This document shows, piece after piece, positions 18,514 to 27,261 of a stretch of 64,000 nt of DNA; the first letter of the stretch is position 1; the number at the start of each line of letters is the position of its first letter. The translations under genes and the position numbers were made by a program. The DNA comes from Candidatus Omnitrophota bacterium (GTDB taxonomy: Bacteria > Omnitrophota > Gorgyraeia > Gygaellales > Profunditerraquicolaceae): positions 4,721 through 68,720 of the forward strand of contig JAUYDL010000029.1 of assembly GCA_030691865.1 (NCBI GenBank), read 5' to 3'. The notes under the pieces are model-generated. The model was given only the letters and a program-made list of their open reading frames with translations. It did no database searches and was not told the DNA's origin.

Positions 18514-19458
18514 CTATTTATTCTTCCCTAAAATTTCACCTGCGGCAAGCTTATGCCCGATAATAAAATTCTGTGCCGACATACGCTTTCCCGCTTCCAG
18601 CTGCAGCTCTTTAATTTCTAAAAAACCTCTTGCGCAAGCCACAACAATACCATGCTTGTCCGCCCTGATCACTTCACCAACTGAAGGCTTATGGCTAGGG
18701 AATATCGGTAGGACTTGCGCCTGAAATATCTTAAGCAACTTCTTGCGATAACTGGTAAATGCCCCCGGCCAGGGGATAACCCCTTTTATCTGGTTATGAA
18801 TATTCACGGCAGAAGTATCCCAATCAATTAAACCGATCTCTTTTTTCATCTTTGGGGCATAGACAACCTTATCTTCATCTTGTTCCACCAAACGATAATC
18901 CCGGTTATCAATAATCACCAACACCTCCATTAAAAGCTGGGCTCCGCATTGACTCAGTTTCTCTTCTAAACTAACCGCAGTATCCCGATCTTCGATTTTT
19001 ATTTCCTTCTGCATAATTACCGGGCCGGAATCCATCTTTAGAGTTACATAGATAATCGTAATCCCGGTTTTCTTTTCCCCATTAATTATCGCCCAGTTAA
19101 TCGGAGCCGCCCCCCGGTAACGCGGCAGAAGCGAAGCGTGGATATTAATCGGCATAATCTTGGGAATATCTAAGATCTCTTGAGACAATATCTGGCCATA
19201 GGCGACGATTACAAAAAGATCCGCATCCAGGCTCTTTAAAAATTTTACGCTTTCTTTACTATTGATATTTTCCGGCTGAAAAGTTTTAAGCCCGGCGGCA
19301 ATAGCCGTGTTTTTAACATCGGTAGCCGCTAACTGTAAATGCCGGCCTTTCTGTTTATCCGGCTGGGTAACCACACAGGCCAACTCATGCTGGCTTTTAA
19401 TTAAAACCTCAAGAACCGAAACACCAAAATGTGCACTTCCGAAGAATATTATTTTCAT
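18514..19458 (-). CDS. fmt: Methionyl-tRNA formyltransferase
   Basis: VVTQPD, VAYGQIL, INIHASLLPRYRGAAPINWAI. Confidence 0.96.
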   Translation of the reverse strand: MKIIFFGSAHFGVSVLEVLIKSQHELACVVTQPDKQKGRHLQLAATDVKNTAIAAGLKTFQPENINSKESVKFLKSLDADLFVIVAYGQILSQEILDIPKIMPINIHASLLPRYRGAAPINWAIINGEKKTGITIIYVTLKMDSGPVIMQKEIKIEDRDTAVSLEEKLSQCGAQLLMEVLVIIDNRDYRLVEQDEDKVVYAPKMKKEIGLIDWDTSAVNIHNQIKGVIPWPGAFTSYRKKLLKIFQAQVLPIFPSHKPSVGEVIRADKHGIVVACARGFLEIKELQLEAGKRMSAQNFIIGHKLAAGEILGKNK

Positions 19459-19459
19459 C

Positions 19460-21283
19460 TTAGATAGGGTCTACATCCACCGTCACTATTATACCTGAAA
19501 AATGCCCTTCTTTTAAGTGTAATTTTAAAAAATGGCTGGCTTTCTCTACGTTAGGCGCGCGCATTAATATCTGATAATAAAAATTCTCCCGCAATTTAGC
19601 CGGTTGCCCGGGATTAAGGGAGAGCATTTTTATACTGCTTGTCTTAATCTTATTTAATTTTTCAAATAAATCACAAGCAGACTGCTTAACCTTTTCCAAA
19701 CTTTCCCCTCTTAATCTAACCAGGATCATATGTTTAAAAGGTGCAAAGTTTAGCTGTTTGCGTTGTTTTAATTCCTCTTTATAAAACAACCTTGAATCAT
19801 TCTTAATCAAAGCCTGAAAGCAATGATGGTTAACATTAGCGCTTTGAATAATTATCGACTTAGATGTTAAACTAACTAACCCCATCAGCAGATTAAAAGT
19901 TTTCTCAGCAGCGCGAAAATCCACCCGGTTAAGCGAATTATCTATCGCCAAAACCCCTATTAAATCAAAATTTATTTCCTGGTGTTTAATTACCGAGCTG
20001 GTAGCAACAAAAATATCCACATTCATACGCGCCTGTGGGAAAATTCTCGCCAGTTCGCTTTCTACCTTTTCTGTGCCGATACCTGAATATTTAATATAAC
20101 CGGCATTACAATGTGGACAGATTTTAGGCACCGGCATTTTAAAATTGCAATGATGACATTTTAATTTATCATCATCAAAATGAAATACCAGATTAATATT
20201 GCAGCGCGGACATTTCAAAGCCACCTGGCAATTATGACAAGCAACCGTGGTAGCAAAACCTTTGCGATTAATCACCAATAAGACCTTACCTTTTTCAGCC
20301 AGGGCCATCTGTATCGCATCCAGCAAAAACTTTGAAAACATGGATTTGTTTTTTCTTTCCGCATAAGCCAGCCGGCGCACATCGATAACCTTAACAAGCG
20401 GGTAAGCCAGTTTTGAAGGAATAACTTCAAGATCCAGTTTACCTTTTTGCAACAGATAAAAACTTTCCAAAGATAAACAATGACTGCCCAGAATAACTCC
20501 TGAACCCTGAATCTGTGCGCGCATCAATCCAACTTCCCGGGCATGATAATGCGGAACCTGCTCCTGCTTATAAACCTGATCCTCTTCTTGGTCGATAATC
20601 ATCAACCCCAGATTATTCACGCAAGAGAAAATACTTGAGCGCGTACCGGCCACCACGCAGTAATCTGCTTGTCTGATTTTTTCCCAAATCTCCAGTTCAT
20701 TAGGCTGTTTGCGGAAGGAGATAAAAACTTCTTTCCCCAAACTCTTCTCCAATTTCTCTTTTACCCTTTCCACTGCTGCGATATTACTGCACAGAATAAT
20801 TACCGACTTTTTAGCCGCCAGAACTTTCTTAATCTCCCTTAGGTAAACCGGTATTCGGTCAAACCCCTGAACAAAAAGGGGACGTTTCCCTTTCTCAAGA
20901 GAAAGGGGACGGTTCTCTTTTTCTGAAACCTTATTAAGAGAACCGTCCCCCTGATTTAAGTCTTTCCCCTTCCTCAACTCATCCGGTAACGCCGCTTCAA
21001 TTGCCTCTCCCCAGGAACAACAATAATATTCCGCCAGCTCCTTAGTCAACTGAAGCATCGAATCATCCAAGATCGGGAATAAATCAATAACCGAGATAAT
21101 CTCTTTTAATTTTTTGATTTTAGTTTTATTATTTAATTCTACTACGTAGGCAACTTCTTTTTTGTTGCGGAAATTTACCCAAACTCTTGCTCCAATGTTA
21201 ACTTTGGCTTCCAGGCCCACCGGAACAAGGTAATCAAACGGGCCATCAATCGGCAGGCCCAACACCACATTAGCGTATAACAC
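19460..21283 (-). CDS. priA: Primosomal protein N' (PriA) with degenerate helicase motifs
   Basis: 3'-DNA-binding domain FDYLVP...GARVWVNF, GTRSSIF, YKQEQVPHYHAR, NRKGF, four CxxC pairs, C-terminal VDVDP; GTG start at 21283 with AAGGAG RBS. Confidence 0.9.
   Translation of the reverse strand: MLYANVVLGLPIDGPFDYLVPVGLEAKVNIGARVWVNFRNKKEVAYVVELNNKTKIKKLKEIISVIDLFPILDDSMLQLTKELAEYYCCSWGEAIEAALPDELRKGKDLNQGDGSLNKVSEKENRPLSLEKGKRPLFVQGFDRIPVYLREIKKVLAAKKSVIILCSNIAAVERVKEKLEKSLGKEVFISFRKQPNELEIWEKIRQADYCVVAGTRSSIFSCVNNLGLMIIDQEEDQVYKQEQVPHYHAREVGLMRAQIQGSGVILGSHCLSLESFYLLQKGKLDLEVIPSKLAYPLVKVIDVRRLAYAERKNKSMFSKFLLDAIQMALAEKGKVLLVINRKGFATTVACHNCQVALKCPRCNINLVFHFDDDKLKCHHCNFKMPVPKICPHCNAGYIKYSGIGTEKVESELARIFPQARMNVDIFVATSSVIKHQEINFDLIGVLAIDNSLNRVDFRAAEKTFNLLMGLVSLTSKSIIIQSANVNHHCFQALIKNDSRLFYKEELKQRKQLNFAPFKHMILVRLRGESLEKVKQSACDLFEKLNKIKTSSIKMLSLNPGQPAKLRENFYYQILMRAPNVEKASHFLKLHLKEGHFSGIIVTVDVDPI
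20878..20951. repeat. REP-like palindrome family A, copy 5 (1.5 units), in frame inside priA
   Basis: ggggacgtttccc...ggggacggttctc...gagaaccgtcccc; translated as QGDGSLNKVSEKENRPLSLEKGKRPL. Confidence 0.88.
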
Positions 21284-22361
21284 TAGCCAACTCCTTACAA
21301 GCAAACGGCTTTTTAATCTCCCTAATCCTTTGCCTTAACTCCAGGATTTTTTGCGGATTGTTTTTTAAATCCAAAACAAAATTTTTTATTTCCTCGATGT
21401 TTTTAGGGCTTACTACAATACCATATTCTGCTAAAGCTTCTACATTAGCTGTTTCCTGACCCGGGATAGCGCTAATAAATATCACCGGCAATTCCATAAT
21501 CAATACCTCGGTAATTGTAGCGCCTCCGGGCTTTGTAACTATACAATCAGAAACCGCCATTAATTCTTGAGCGTTATCCACAAACCCAAAGACTTTCACA
21601 TTCTCTAAATTTCGCTTTTGCAGGCGGGCAAAAAGTTTTTTATTTCTTGCGCAAACTACCAGCACCTGTGCCTCACACATAAGGCTTTCGGAAATTTCCT
21701 CAAGCGGCCCGGAACCAAATGATCCGGTCATAAGCAAAACTGTAAAACTATTTGGATTTATCCCAAATTTTTCTGCCAACTGAGCTCTATTTTGAGTTTT
21801 AACAAAACTAGGGCTAAACGGGATACCGGAAGCCTGAATTTTTTGTTCCTCTACCCCCATATTTAATAATTTATCCTTGGTTAACCTTGAGGCAACAACA
21901 TAAAGATCCGTGCCGTTTGAAACCCAAAACGGATGCACCCCGAAATCTGTAATTACCGTAATCAGTTTTGCCTGAACTTTATTTCTTAGTTTTAAATTGG
22001 CGGCCAGCTCCGAATTTAGAAAATGCGTAGAAATAATAAAATCAAACTCCTCTTTAATCAGATAATTCACGAACTTACGGAAGCTAAAATAATTTACAAT
22101 TAAAGAAGATTTACGGCTAATCCAGCGGGTCAACTTAAATTCAGTCATCCAAAAAAATAACCCCCAAAGCCAGGTGGCATAATTTACTAAAAACGGATAT
22201 CCGGAATTATAGCAAAAGCGTAAAATTGGATTGCCAAAAGGAAGGATGTCTACCAGCTTAAGTTTTAGGTCCTGGCGATTGTTTTTTAAATAATCATATG
22301 CTGCCTCAGCTGCCCTGCGATGGCCGGCACCTGCTGAAACATAAGTAACTAATACTTTCAT
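21270..22361 (-). CDS. Diacylglycerol glycosyltransferase (UgtP/MGDG synthase, GT28)
   Basis: SAGAGHRRAA, ISTHF, TVITDFGVHPFW, TKPGGAT, IPGQE. Confidence 0.85.
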   Translation of the reverse strand: MKVLVTYVSAGAGHRRAAEAAYDYLKNNRQDLKLKLVDILPFGNPILRFCYNSGYPFLVNYATWLWGLFFWMTEFKLTRWISRKSSLIVNYFSFRKFVNYLIKEEFDFIISTHFLNSELAANLKLRNKVQAKLITVITDFGVHPFWVSNGTDLYVVASRLTKDKLLNMGVEEQKIQASGIPFSPSFVKTQNRAQLAEKFGINPNSFTVLLMTGSFGSGPLEEISESLMCEAQVLVVCARNKKLFARLQKRNLENVKVFGFVDNAQELMAVSDCIVTKPGGATITEVLIMELPVIFISAIPGQETANVEALAEYGIVVSPKNIEEIKNFVLDLKNNPQKILELRQRIREIKKPFACKELASVIR

Positions 22362-22383
22362 AATCTTACCTGTTGAAATAAAA

Positions 22384-22436
22384 GGGGACGGTTCTATTTT
22401 TACCGAGTCGAGTTCTAGAAAAATAGAACCGTCCCC
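22384..22436. repeat. REP-like palindrome family A, copy 6
   Basis: Inverted arms; loop ccgagtcgagttctag. Confidence 0.9.
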
Positions 22437-22438
22437 AT

Positions 22439-22981
22439 TTATTTTTTAATCAGAAATTCCGCTGCTGCCAGGAGATCTTTAAACACAAAATCCGGCTTTG
22501 CTTCCCAGTTCTTTTGATTAGATAATTTCTCTTTGCCGGAAAGAATAAGAACGGATTTAGCGCCCACGGCATGAGCAGTCAGCACATCGCGTATAGTGTC
22601 ACCCACAAAATATGCTTCTTTTAGGTTAACCTTAAATTCCCGCGCGGCTTTCTTAAGCAAACCCGGTTTGGGCTTGCGGCAGCTACAGCATGCCTCTTTG
22701 CGATGCGTACAATAATAAACTTTAGTAATTTTGCCGCCTGCTTGCTCAATATCCTCAAGCATCTTAGTAGTTATGCTATCTAAGGTCTTTTGAGCGTAAG
22801 CCCCTTTACCTACTCCTGCCTGATTGGAAGCCACAAAAATTTTATACCCTGCCTTACTCAACAATGCAATTGCTTGCTTTGCACGCGGCAGAAACCTAAA
22901 CTTCCTGAGCGAAGTTACATACAATCTATCGCCAGGATATTTGTTTATTACACCGTCTCTATCTAGAAACACAATCTTCAT
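22439..22981 (-). CDS. gmhB: D,D-heptose 1,7-bisphosphate phosphatase (HAD-IIIA)
   Basis: FLDRDGVIN, SNQAG, CTH...CSCRKPKPG, VGD; LPS context. Confidence 0.85.
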   Translation of the reverse strand: MKIVFLDRDGVINKYPGDRLYVTSLRKFRFLPRAKQAIALLSKAGYKIFVASNQAGVGKGAYAQKTLDSITTKMLEDIEQAGGKITKVYYCTHRKEACCSCRKPKPGLLKKAAREFKVNLKEAYFVGDTIRDVLTAHAVGAKSVLILSGKEKLSNQKNWEAKPDFVFKDLLAAAEFLIKK

Positions 22982-23000
22982 AGTTCTATAATTTTACTCA

Positions 23001-23070
23001 GTTAACGGGTGACTTGGGTATTTTCGAAGCGCGTCAGCGCTAGAAAATACCCAAGACAGGCCCCGTTAAC
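23001..23070. repeat. Nested long hairpin overlapping the GT2 stop codon
   Basis: gttaacggg..cttgggtattttc..agcgc-gtca-gcgct..gaaaatacccaag..cccgttaac. Confidence 0.75.
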
Positions 23071-23821
23071 AGTATTTATCTTTGTTTTGCATCTCTCTAA
23101 ACTTACAGTAACTCAATATCTGATACAGTGTGTCAAAGAAAGCAATAATAAACCCATACATACCATCCTTATACGCCTTCTTCCTAATATATCTTCTAAA
23201 GAAACGATCTTGCGCTCTCCAGATAGCCCACAGTAGTGTCATCTTGCGCCCGGTTTTAATCCACTTTTGGGCTTCCAGAGTTGACTGACGATTAACGCTA
23301 TTTAAGAAATGCTCCAGATCCGGATAGCCCCGATGAATAATATCAGATTTTAAATGCCCGCACGCGCCATCAATGAAAGCCCGCGGATGCACCTGGGCCT
23401 CCTCATATTTAAATTTATCTTTTTGAAAAAGCCGCACCTTAGAAGCCGGATACCAGCCGCCATATCTTACCCAGTAATTGCTGATAAAGTTGCGCAGTGG
23501 GATATCATAAGCCACAAAATCCCCGGACTCAATCGCCTGCTGGATCTCTATTCTTAACTCCGGAGTAACCACTTCATCCGCATCCAGGCTCAAAACCCAT
23601 TGGTTTTTTGCCTGCGCATACCCCCAATTCCGGTGTTTACCCTCAATATCCATCTTACGGAAAAAAATCCTGGCATTATATTTCTTTACGATCTCCACTG
23701 TCTTATCCGTACTCTCATCATCCACCACAATAATCTCATCCGCCCATTTCACTGACTCCAGACACGCCGCGATACAAGACTCTTCATTTTTTGTTAAAAT
23801 CATCACCGATAACTTAGCCAT
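23066..23821 (-). CDS. GT2 glycosyltransferase (KdtX/WaaE-like, LPS core)
   Basis: TKNEE, VVDDESTDKT, WVLSLDADE, VRLF, VHP. Confidence 0.85.
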   Translation of the reverse strand: MAKLSVMILTKNEESCIAACLESVKWADEIIVVDDESTDKTVEIVKKYNARIFFRKMDIEGKHRNWGYAQAKNQWVLSLDADEVVTPELRIEIQQAIESGDFVAYDIPLRNFISNYWVRYGGWYPASKVRLFQKDKFKYEEAQVHPRAFIDGACGHLKSDIIHRGYPDLEHFLNSVNRQSTLEAQKWIKTGRKMTLLWAIWRAQDRFFRRYIRKKAYKDGMYGFIIAFFDTLYQILSYCKFREMQNKDKYC

Positions 23822-23841
23822 TAACTTTCTCCTTGATAAAT

Positions 23842-23895
23842 GGGGACGGTTCTATTTTTCTAGAACTCATTTGCGGAAAAAATAGAACCGTCCCC
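23842..23895. repeat. REP-like palindrome family A, copy 7 (opposite loop orientation)
   Basis: Internal ttctagaa lies on the left arm rather than the right. Confidence 0.9.
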
Positions 23896-23897
23896 AT

Positions 23898-25019
23898 TTA
23901 TTTAAACTCCTTCACAGATTGGATAATATAATCTTTTTCTTCGCCGGTTAAATCCGGATAAATAGGTAAAGTAAATGTCTGTTTTGCCGCCTTCTCAGCT
24001 TGCGGAAAATCACCGGCCTTATATCCTAAGTATTTAAAACATTTCTGCAGATGCAAGGGAACCGGATAAAATATGCGAGAGTCAATACCTTTTGCCTGCA
24101 GATGCTCCACAAAGGCCTTATTTGAAACTGGCGCCCTTAAAGTATACTGATGATAAATATGCGTGGAGTAAACAGGCACAATTGGCAACTTAATATCCAG
24201 CCCGGCTAAATTCCTATTATAATACTGAGCAACTTGTTGTCTGGACTTATTCCAAAGGTCTAAATATTTTAACTTGATATCAAGTACGGCCGCCTGAATG
24301 GTATCCATGCGATTATTGCGGCCCAAAACCAAATGATAATATTTATTTTTATTCCCCTGATTACGCAAAATCTTTAGTTTTTCAGCAACAGCTTTATTAT
24401 TCGTCAAAACTAACCCCGCATCGCCAAAAGCTCCCAGATTCTTACCCGGATAAAAACTCACTGCCCCGCAATCGCCCATAGTGCCGGCTTTCTTACCCTG
24501 ATATTCCGCCCCAAATGCCTGCGCCGTATCCTCAACAACTTTAATTTTATGCTTACGCGTCAGCTTTAAAATCCCATCCATATCCGCGCACGCTCCATAA
24601 AGATGCACCGGGATAATCGCCTTAATCTTAAACGGCATGCGCCGATTCTTCCTGCTTAATATCCTCTCTATACTTTTAAGTGAAATATTATAAGTATCTT
24701 CATCAATATCCGCAAAAACCGGCCGCGCCCCGATATTGGCCACTGCACCTGCCGTAGCATAATAAGTAAATGCCGGGCAAATTACCCCGTCCCCGGCTTT
24801 AATCCCCAACGCCAGCAAGGACAAGCTTATCGCGTCAGTACCGTTAGAGACCCCAATGGCATATTTTGCACCGGAATATTCAACAACATGCCGCTCAAAT
24901 TTATCCACCCCGGCTCCCAATATAAAACTCGTATTGTCAATTACCTCTTTAATTGCCGCATCTAACTCCTGGCGAATTGGCGCAATTTGTTTCTTAAGAT
25001 CTAACGCAGATATTTTCAT
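23898..25019 (-). CDS. DegT/DnrJ/EryC1/StrS PLP-dependent sugar aminotransferase
   Basis: SNGTDA, PVHLYG, EDTAQAFG, SFYPGKNLGAFGDAG. Confidence 0.92.
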   Translation of the reverse strand: MKISALDLKKQIAPIRQELDAAIKEVIDNTSFILGAGVDKFERHVVEYSGAKYAIGVSNGTDAISLSLLALGIKAGDGVICPAFTYYATAGAVANIGARPVFADIDEDTYNISLKSIERILSRKNRRMPFKIKAIIPVHLYGACADMDGILKLTRKHKIKVVEDTAQAFGAEYQGKKAGTMGDCGAVSFYPGKNLGAFGDAGLVLTNNKAVAEKLKILRNQGNKNKYYHLVLGRNNRMDTIQAAVLDIKLKYLDLWNKSRQQVAQYYNRNLAGLDIKLPIVPVYSTHIYHQYTLRAPVSNKAFVEHLQAKGIDSRIFYPVPLHLQKCFKYLGYKAGDFPQAEKAAKQTFTLPIYPDLTGEEKDYIIQSVKEFK

Positions 25020-25037
25020 CTTTCTCCTGCAATAAAA

Positions 25038-25090
25038 GGGGACGGTTCTATTTTTCCCGAGTCCAGTTCTAGAAAAATAGAACCGTCCCC
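25038..25090. repeat. REP-like palindrome family A, copy 8
   Basis: Inverted arms; loop cccgagtccagttctag nearly identical to copy 6. Confidence 0.9.
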
Positions 25091-25101
25091 TTTTATTTTA
25101 T

Positions 25102-26172
25102 TTAACTTAATAACCTTGCCGCTGCATCAAACACCGCATCAACACTAACCTGCCTCAAACACTCCCTATCCTTTTCACAAGCCGGCATACGGAAATTCTT
25201 ATAACACGGCCGACAATCCATATCCCATTTTAAAACTACATGGTTCCTATTCTCAGGATACGGCCCATAAACCAGCTCGCTTACCGGGCCAAATATCGAA
25301 ACTGTCTTTACCCCCAAAGCCGCTGCCATATGCATCGGCCCGCCATCATTAGTAATCAGCAAATTACAATTTTTAATTACTGCCGGCAAAATCTCTAAGC
25401 TTGTTTTACCCACCAAATCTATCGGCTTATTGACCATGGCATGCACGATTACCTCTGCAATCTTTCGCTCTGATTCATCTCCCAAGATTACCACTTTGGC
25501 GCCGCACTTATCAATCAACTTATTCGCTACTTGGGCAAACTTTAATGCCGGCCAATGCTTTATCGCGGCATCCTTACCCCAACTACCGCCGGCACCGGGG
25601 AAAATACTAATAACACAATCAGTTTCTTCGATTCCAACTGAAGCCAAAATATTTTTTGCCTTCAATTCATCGTTTAAAAGAACGGTCAAAAACAGATTTT
25701 TATCATTAACCGGAATATTTAAGAATTTAAGCAGCTCTAAATAATACTCCACCACATGCTTATCATGATAACCATCCAGATCAACACGCTCAGTAAGAAA
25801 CCTACCCCTCCCCTTATAATTGAATCCAATCCGCTTCCTAATCCCGATTATTTTTGCCAATAGACTATAGCGGTGATCAAGAGAGAAATCAAGACAAATA
25901 TCAAAATGCTCTTTTTTTATCTCCCAAATGAGTCTAATGGCGCTCCATAATCCCTTAAAAAAAGACTCCTGATAAATTTTCTTAAGGTCCCCACGCGAAA
26001 GAGCAAAAACTTTATTAATTTGGGGGTTGTTTTCCAGAATCGGCTTAACCCGCAAATTTGACCAGTAACCGATAAAACTATCCGGATGCTGTCGCTTCAG
26101 CGCCTTGATTACCGGTGTGGTAAATAAAACATCCCCAATGCCGAAAGGATTAATAATTAATATTTTTTTCAT
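25102..26172 (-). CDS. waaF: GT9 ADP-heptose:LPS heptosyltransferase
   Basis: GIGDVLFTTP, KHWP, TNDGGPMHMAAALG, IFGP, CRPC. Confidence 0.8.
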   Translation of the reverse strand: MKKILIINPFGIGDVLFTTPVIKALKRQHPDSFIGYWSNLRVKPILENNPQINKVFALSRGDLKKIYQESFFKGLWSAIRLIWEIKKEHFDICLDFSLDHRYSLLAKIIGIRKRIGFNYKGRGRFLTERVDLDGYHDKHVVEYYLELLKFLNIPVNDKNLFLTVLLNDELKAKNILASVGIEETDCVISIFPGAGGSWGKDAAIKHWPALKFAQVANKLIDKCGAKVVILGDESERKIAEVIVHAMVNKPIDLVGKTSLEILPAVIKNCNLLITNDGGPMHMAAALGVKTVSIFGPVSELVYGPYPENRNHVVLKWDMDCRPCYKNFRMPACEKDRECLRQVSVDAVFDAAARLLS

Positions 26173-26849
26173 ATGAGGACGTCGGCCAAATCCGATTGAT
26201 CGCTATCTTTCAACACATCAATAATTCTCTTGCGTAATTTAGGAGAAAAACCTATAAAGAAAAACTTCAATTTATCTGCTTCACCTTTATCAAGCAATGC
26301 CCTTATAATCCTAATTGCCATATCTAAGTCTTTGATCTTTTTGTCCTTTTTTGGCCGCCTTTCTGATACAATCAACTTATGTAAAGCAAAAAGGGCAGGA
26401 TGAGGCAAATTAATTCTAATGTCCTCAACTACAATATTTATAAGTTTCGCTGTAAGTAAATTAAGAAGCCTTAAGGGTTGAGCATTAATCCCAAGCTGGC
26501 CCAATTTATAAGGCTTATTTAAACCCGCGCCTTTCTCTGTTACCAGAAACTCCAGAATAAGCTCAGGATGATATAATTGGATATAACCGTCAGACCCCTT
26601 AAAATCAATAACAAAACCAAGCCCATCCAACAATTTTTCAATATCAATTTTGTTTTTTATTACAAGTGGCAGGGGAACAAATAAATCAAGGTCTCTTGTT
26701 GTTATAGAAGTGACATACTCTACATCTGAAAAATATTCTTTATAGAAAGGAACACACCAACTCCCAACAAGAACTAAATGTTTTAATATGCCGGAACTAT
26801 CCAGTCTTTTTAAGACTTCAACGCATAATTTATACTGGCTGCTTTCCAC
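26169..26849 (-). CDS. Nucleotidyltransferase-fold protein (GSU2403-like), putative toxin
   Basis: LVLVGSW, TRDLD, PHPALFALHKLIVSERR...KDL. Confidence 0.7.
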   Translation of the reverse strand: MESSQYKLCVEVLKRLDSSGILKHLVLVGSWCVPFYKEYFSDVEYVTSITTRDLDLFVPLPLVIKNKIDIEKLLDGLGFVIDFKGSDGYIQLYHPELILEFLVTEKGAGLNKPYKLGQLGINAQPLRLLNLLTAKLINIVVEDIRINLPHPALFALHKLIVSERRPKKDKKIKDLDMAIRIIRALLDKGEADKLKFFFIGFSPKLRKRIIDVLKDSDQSDLADVLI

Positions 26850-27150
26850 GTAAAGTACTCCGTAAAAACTTAATCTGTTTATTTAGTTTGCTTAAAGACT
26901 TACGGTAACTCGCGCGTTTAGACTGCAAAGACTTATATTTTCTAACTTCATCAGGCGAAAGCTTGCCCTTATAATTGTATAGAAACTTACCATTATGCCT
27001 TTGAACTAAATAAAAATAATAGTGTCCTTTAATTTTTTTACGGGCGAGACACCACTTAGGAAGCTTATCAAGTTCCTCTATATATCTTTTTTTCATACGC
27101 AGAGAGTTACCCAATTCTTCTGACAACACACCCTTAATTAAGCCTTTCAT
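26830..27150 (-). CDS. Small basic protein, putative antitoxin/regulator partner of the nucleotidyltransferase
   Basis: LPKWCLARKKIKGHYYFYL...YKGK beta motif plus coiled coil; AGGAGT RBS favours ATG 27150; overlaps the downstream gene. Confidence 0.65.
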   Translation of the reverse strand: MKGLIKGVLSEELGNSLRMKKRYIEELDKLPKWCLARKKIKGHYYFYLVQRHNGKFLYNYKGKLSPDEVRKYKSLQSKRASYRKSLSKLNKQIKFLRSTLRGKQPV

Positions 27151-27163
27151 ATAGCACACTCCT

Positions 27164-27214
27164 GTTAACCAACAATGTATATAATAATATATATTGTTGG
27201 TTAACTTATGTCAA
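27164..27214 (-). promoter_or_regulatory. Sigma70 promoter with overlapping inverted-repeat operator
   Basis: TTGACA 27214-27209, N17, TATATT 27191-27186; inverted repeat gttaaccaacaat (27164-27176) / attgttggttaac (27193-27205). Confidence 0.7.
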
Positions 27215-27261
27215 TTAATAATAAACCCCTATTAACAGGATGGTAAAGTCAAATTGGGCAA

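Noticed and set aside
4727-25090. Family A repeats as a CRISPR array or integron attC sites
   Set aside because: Copies are dispersed between housekeeping genes, not regularly spaced; no cas or intI gene; no RYYYAAC/GTTRRRY ends.
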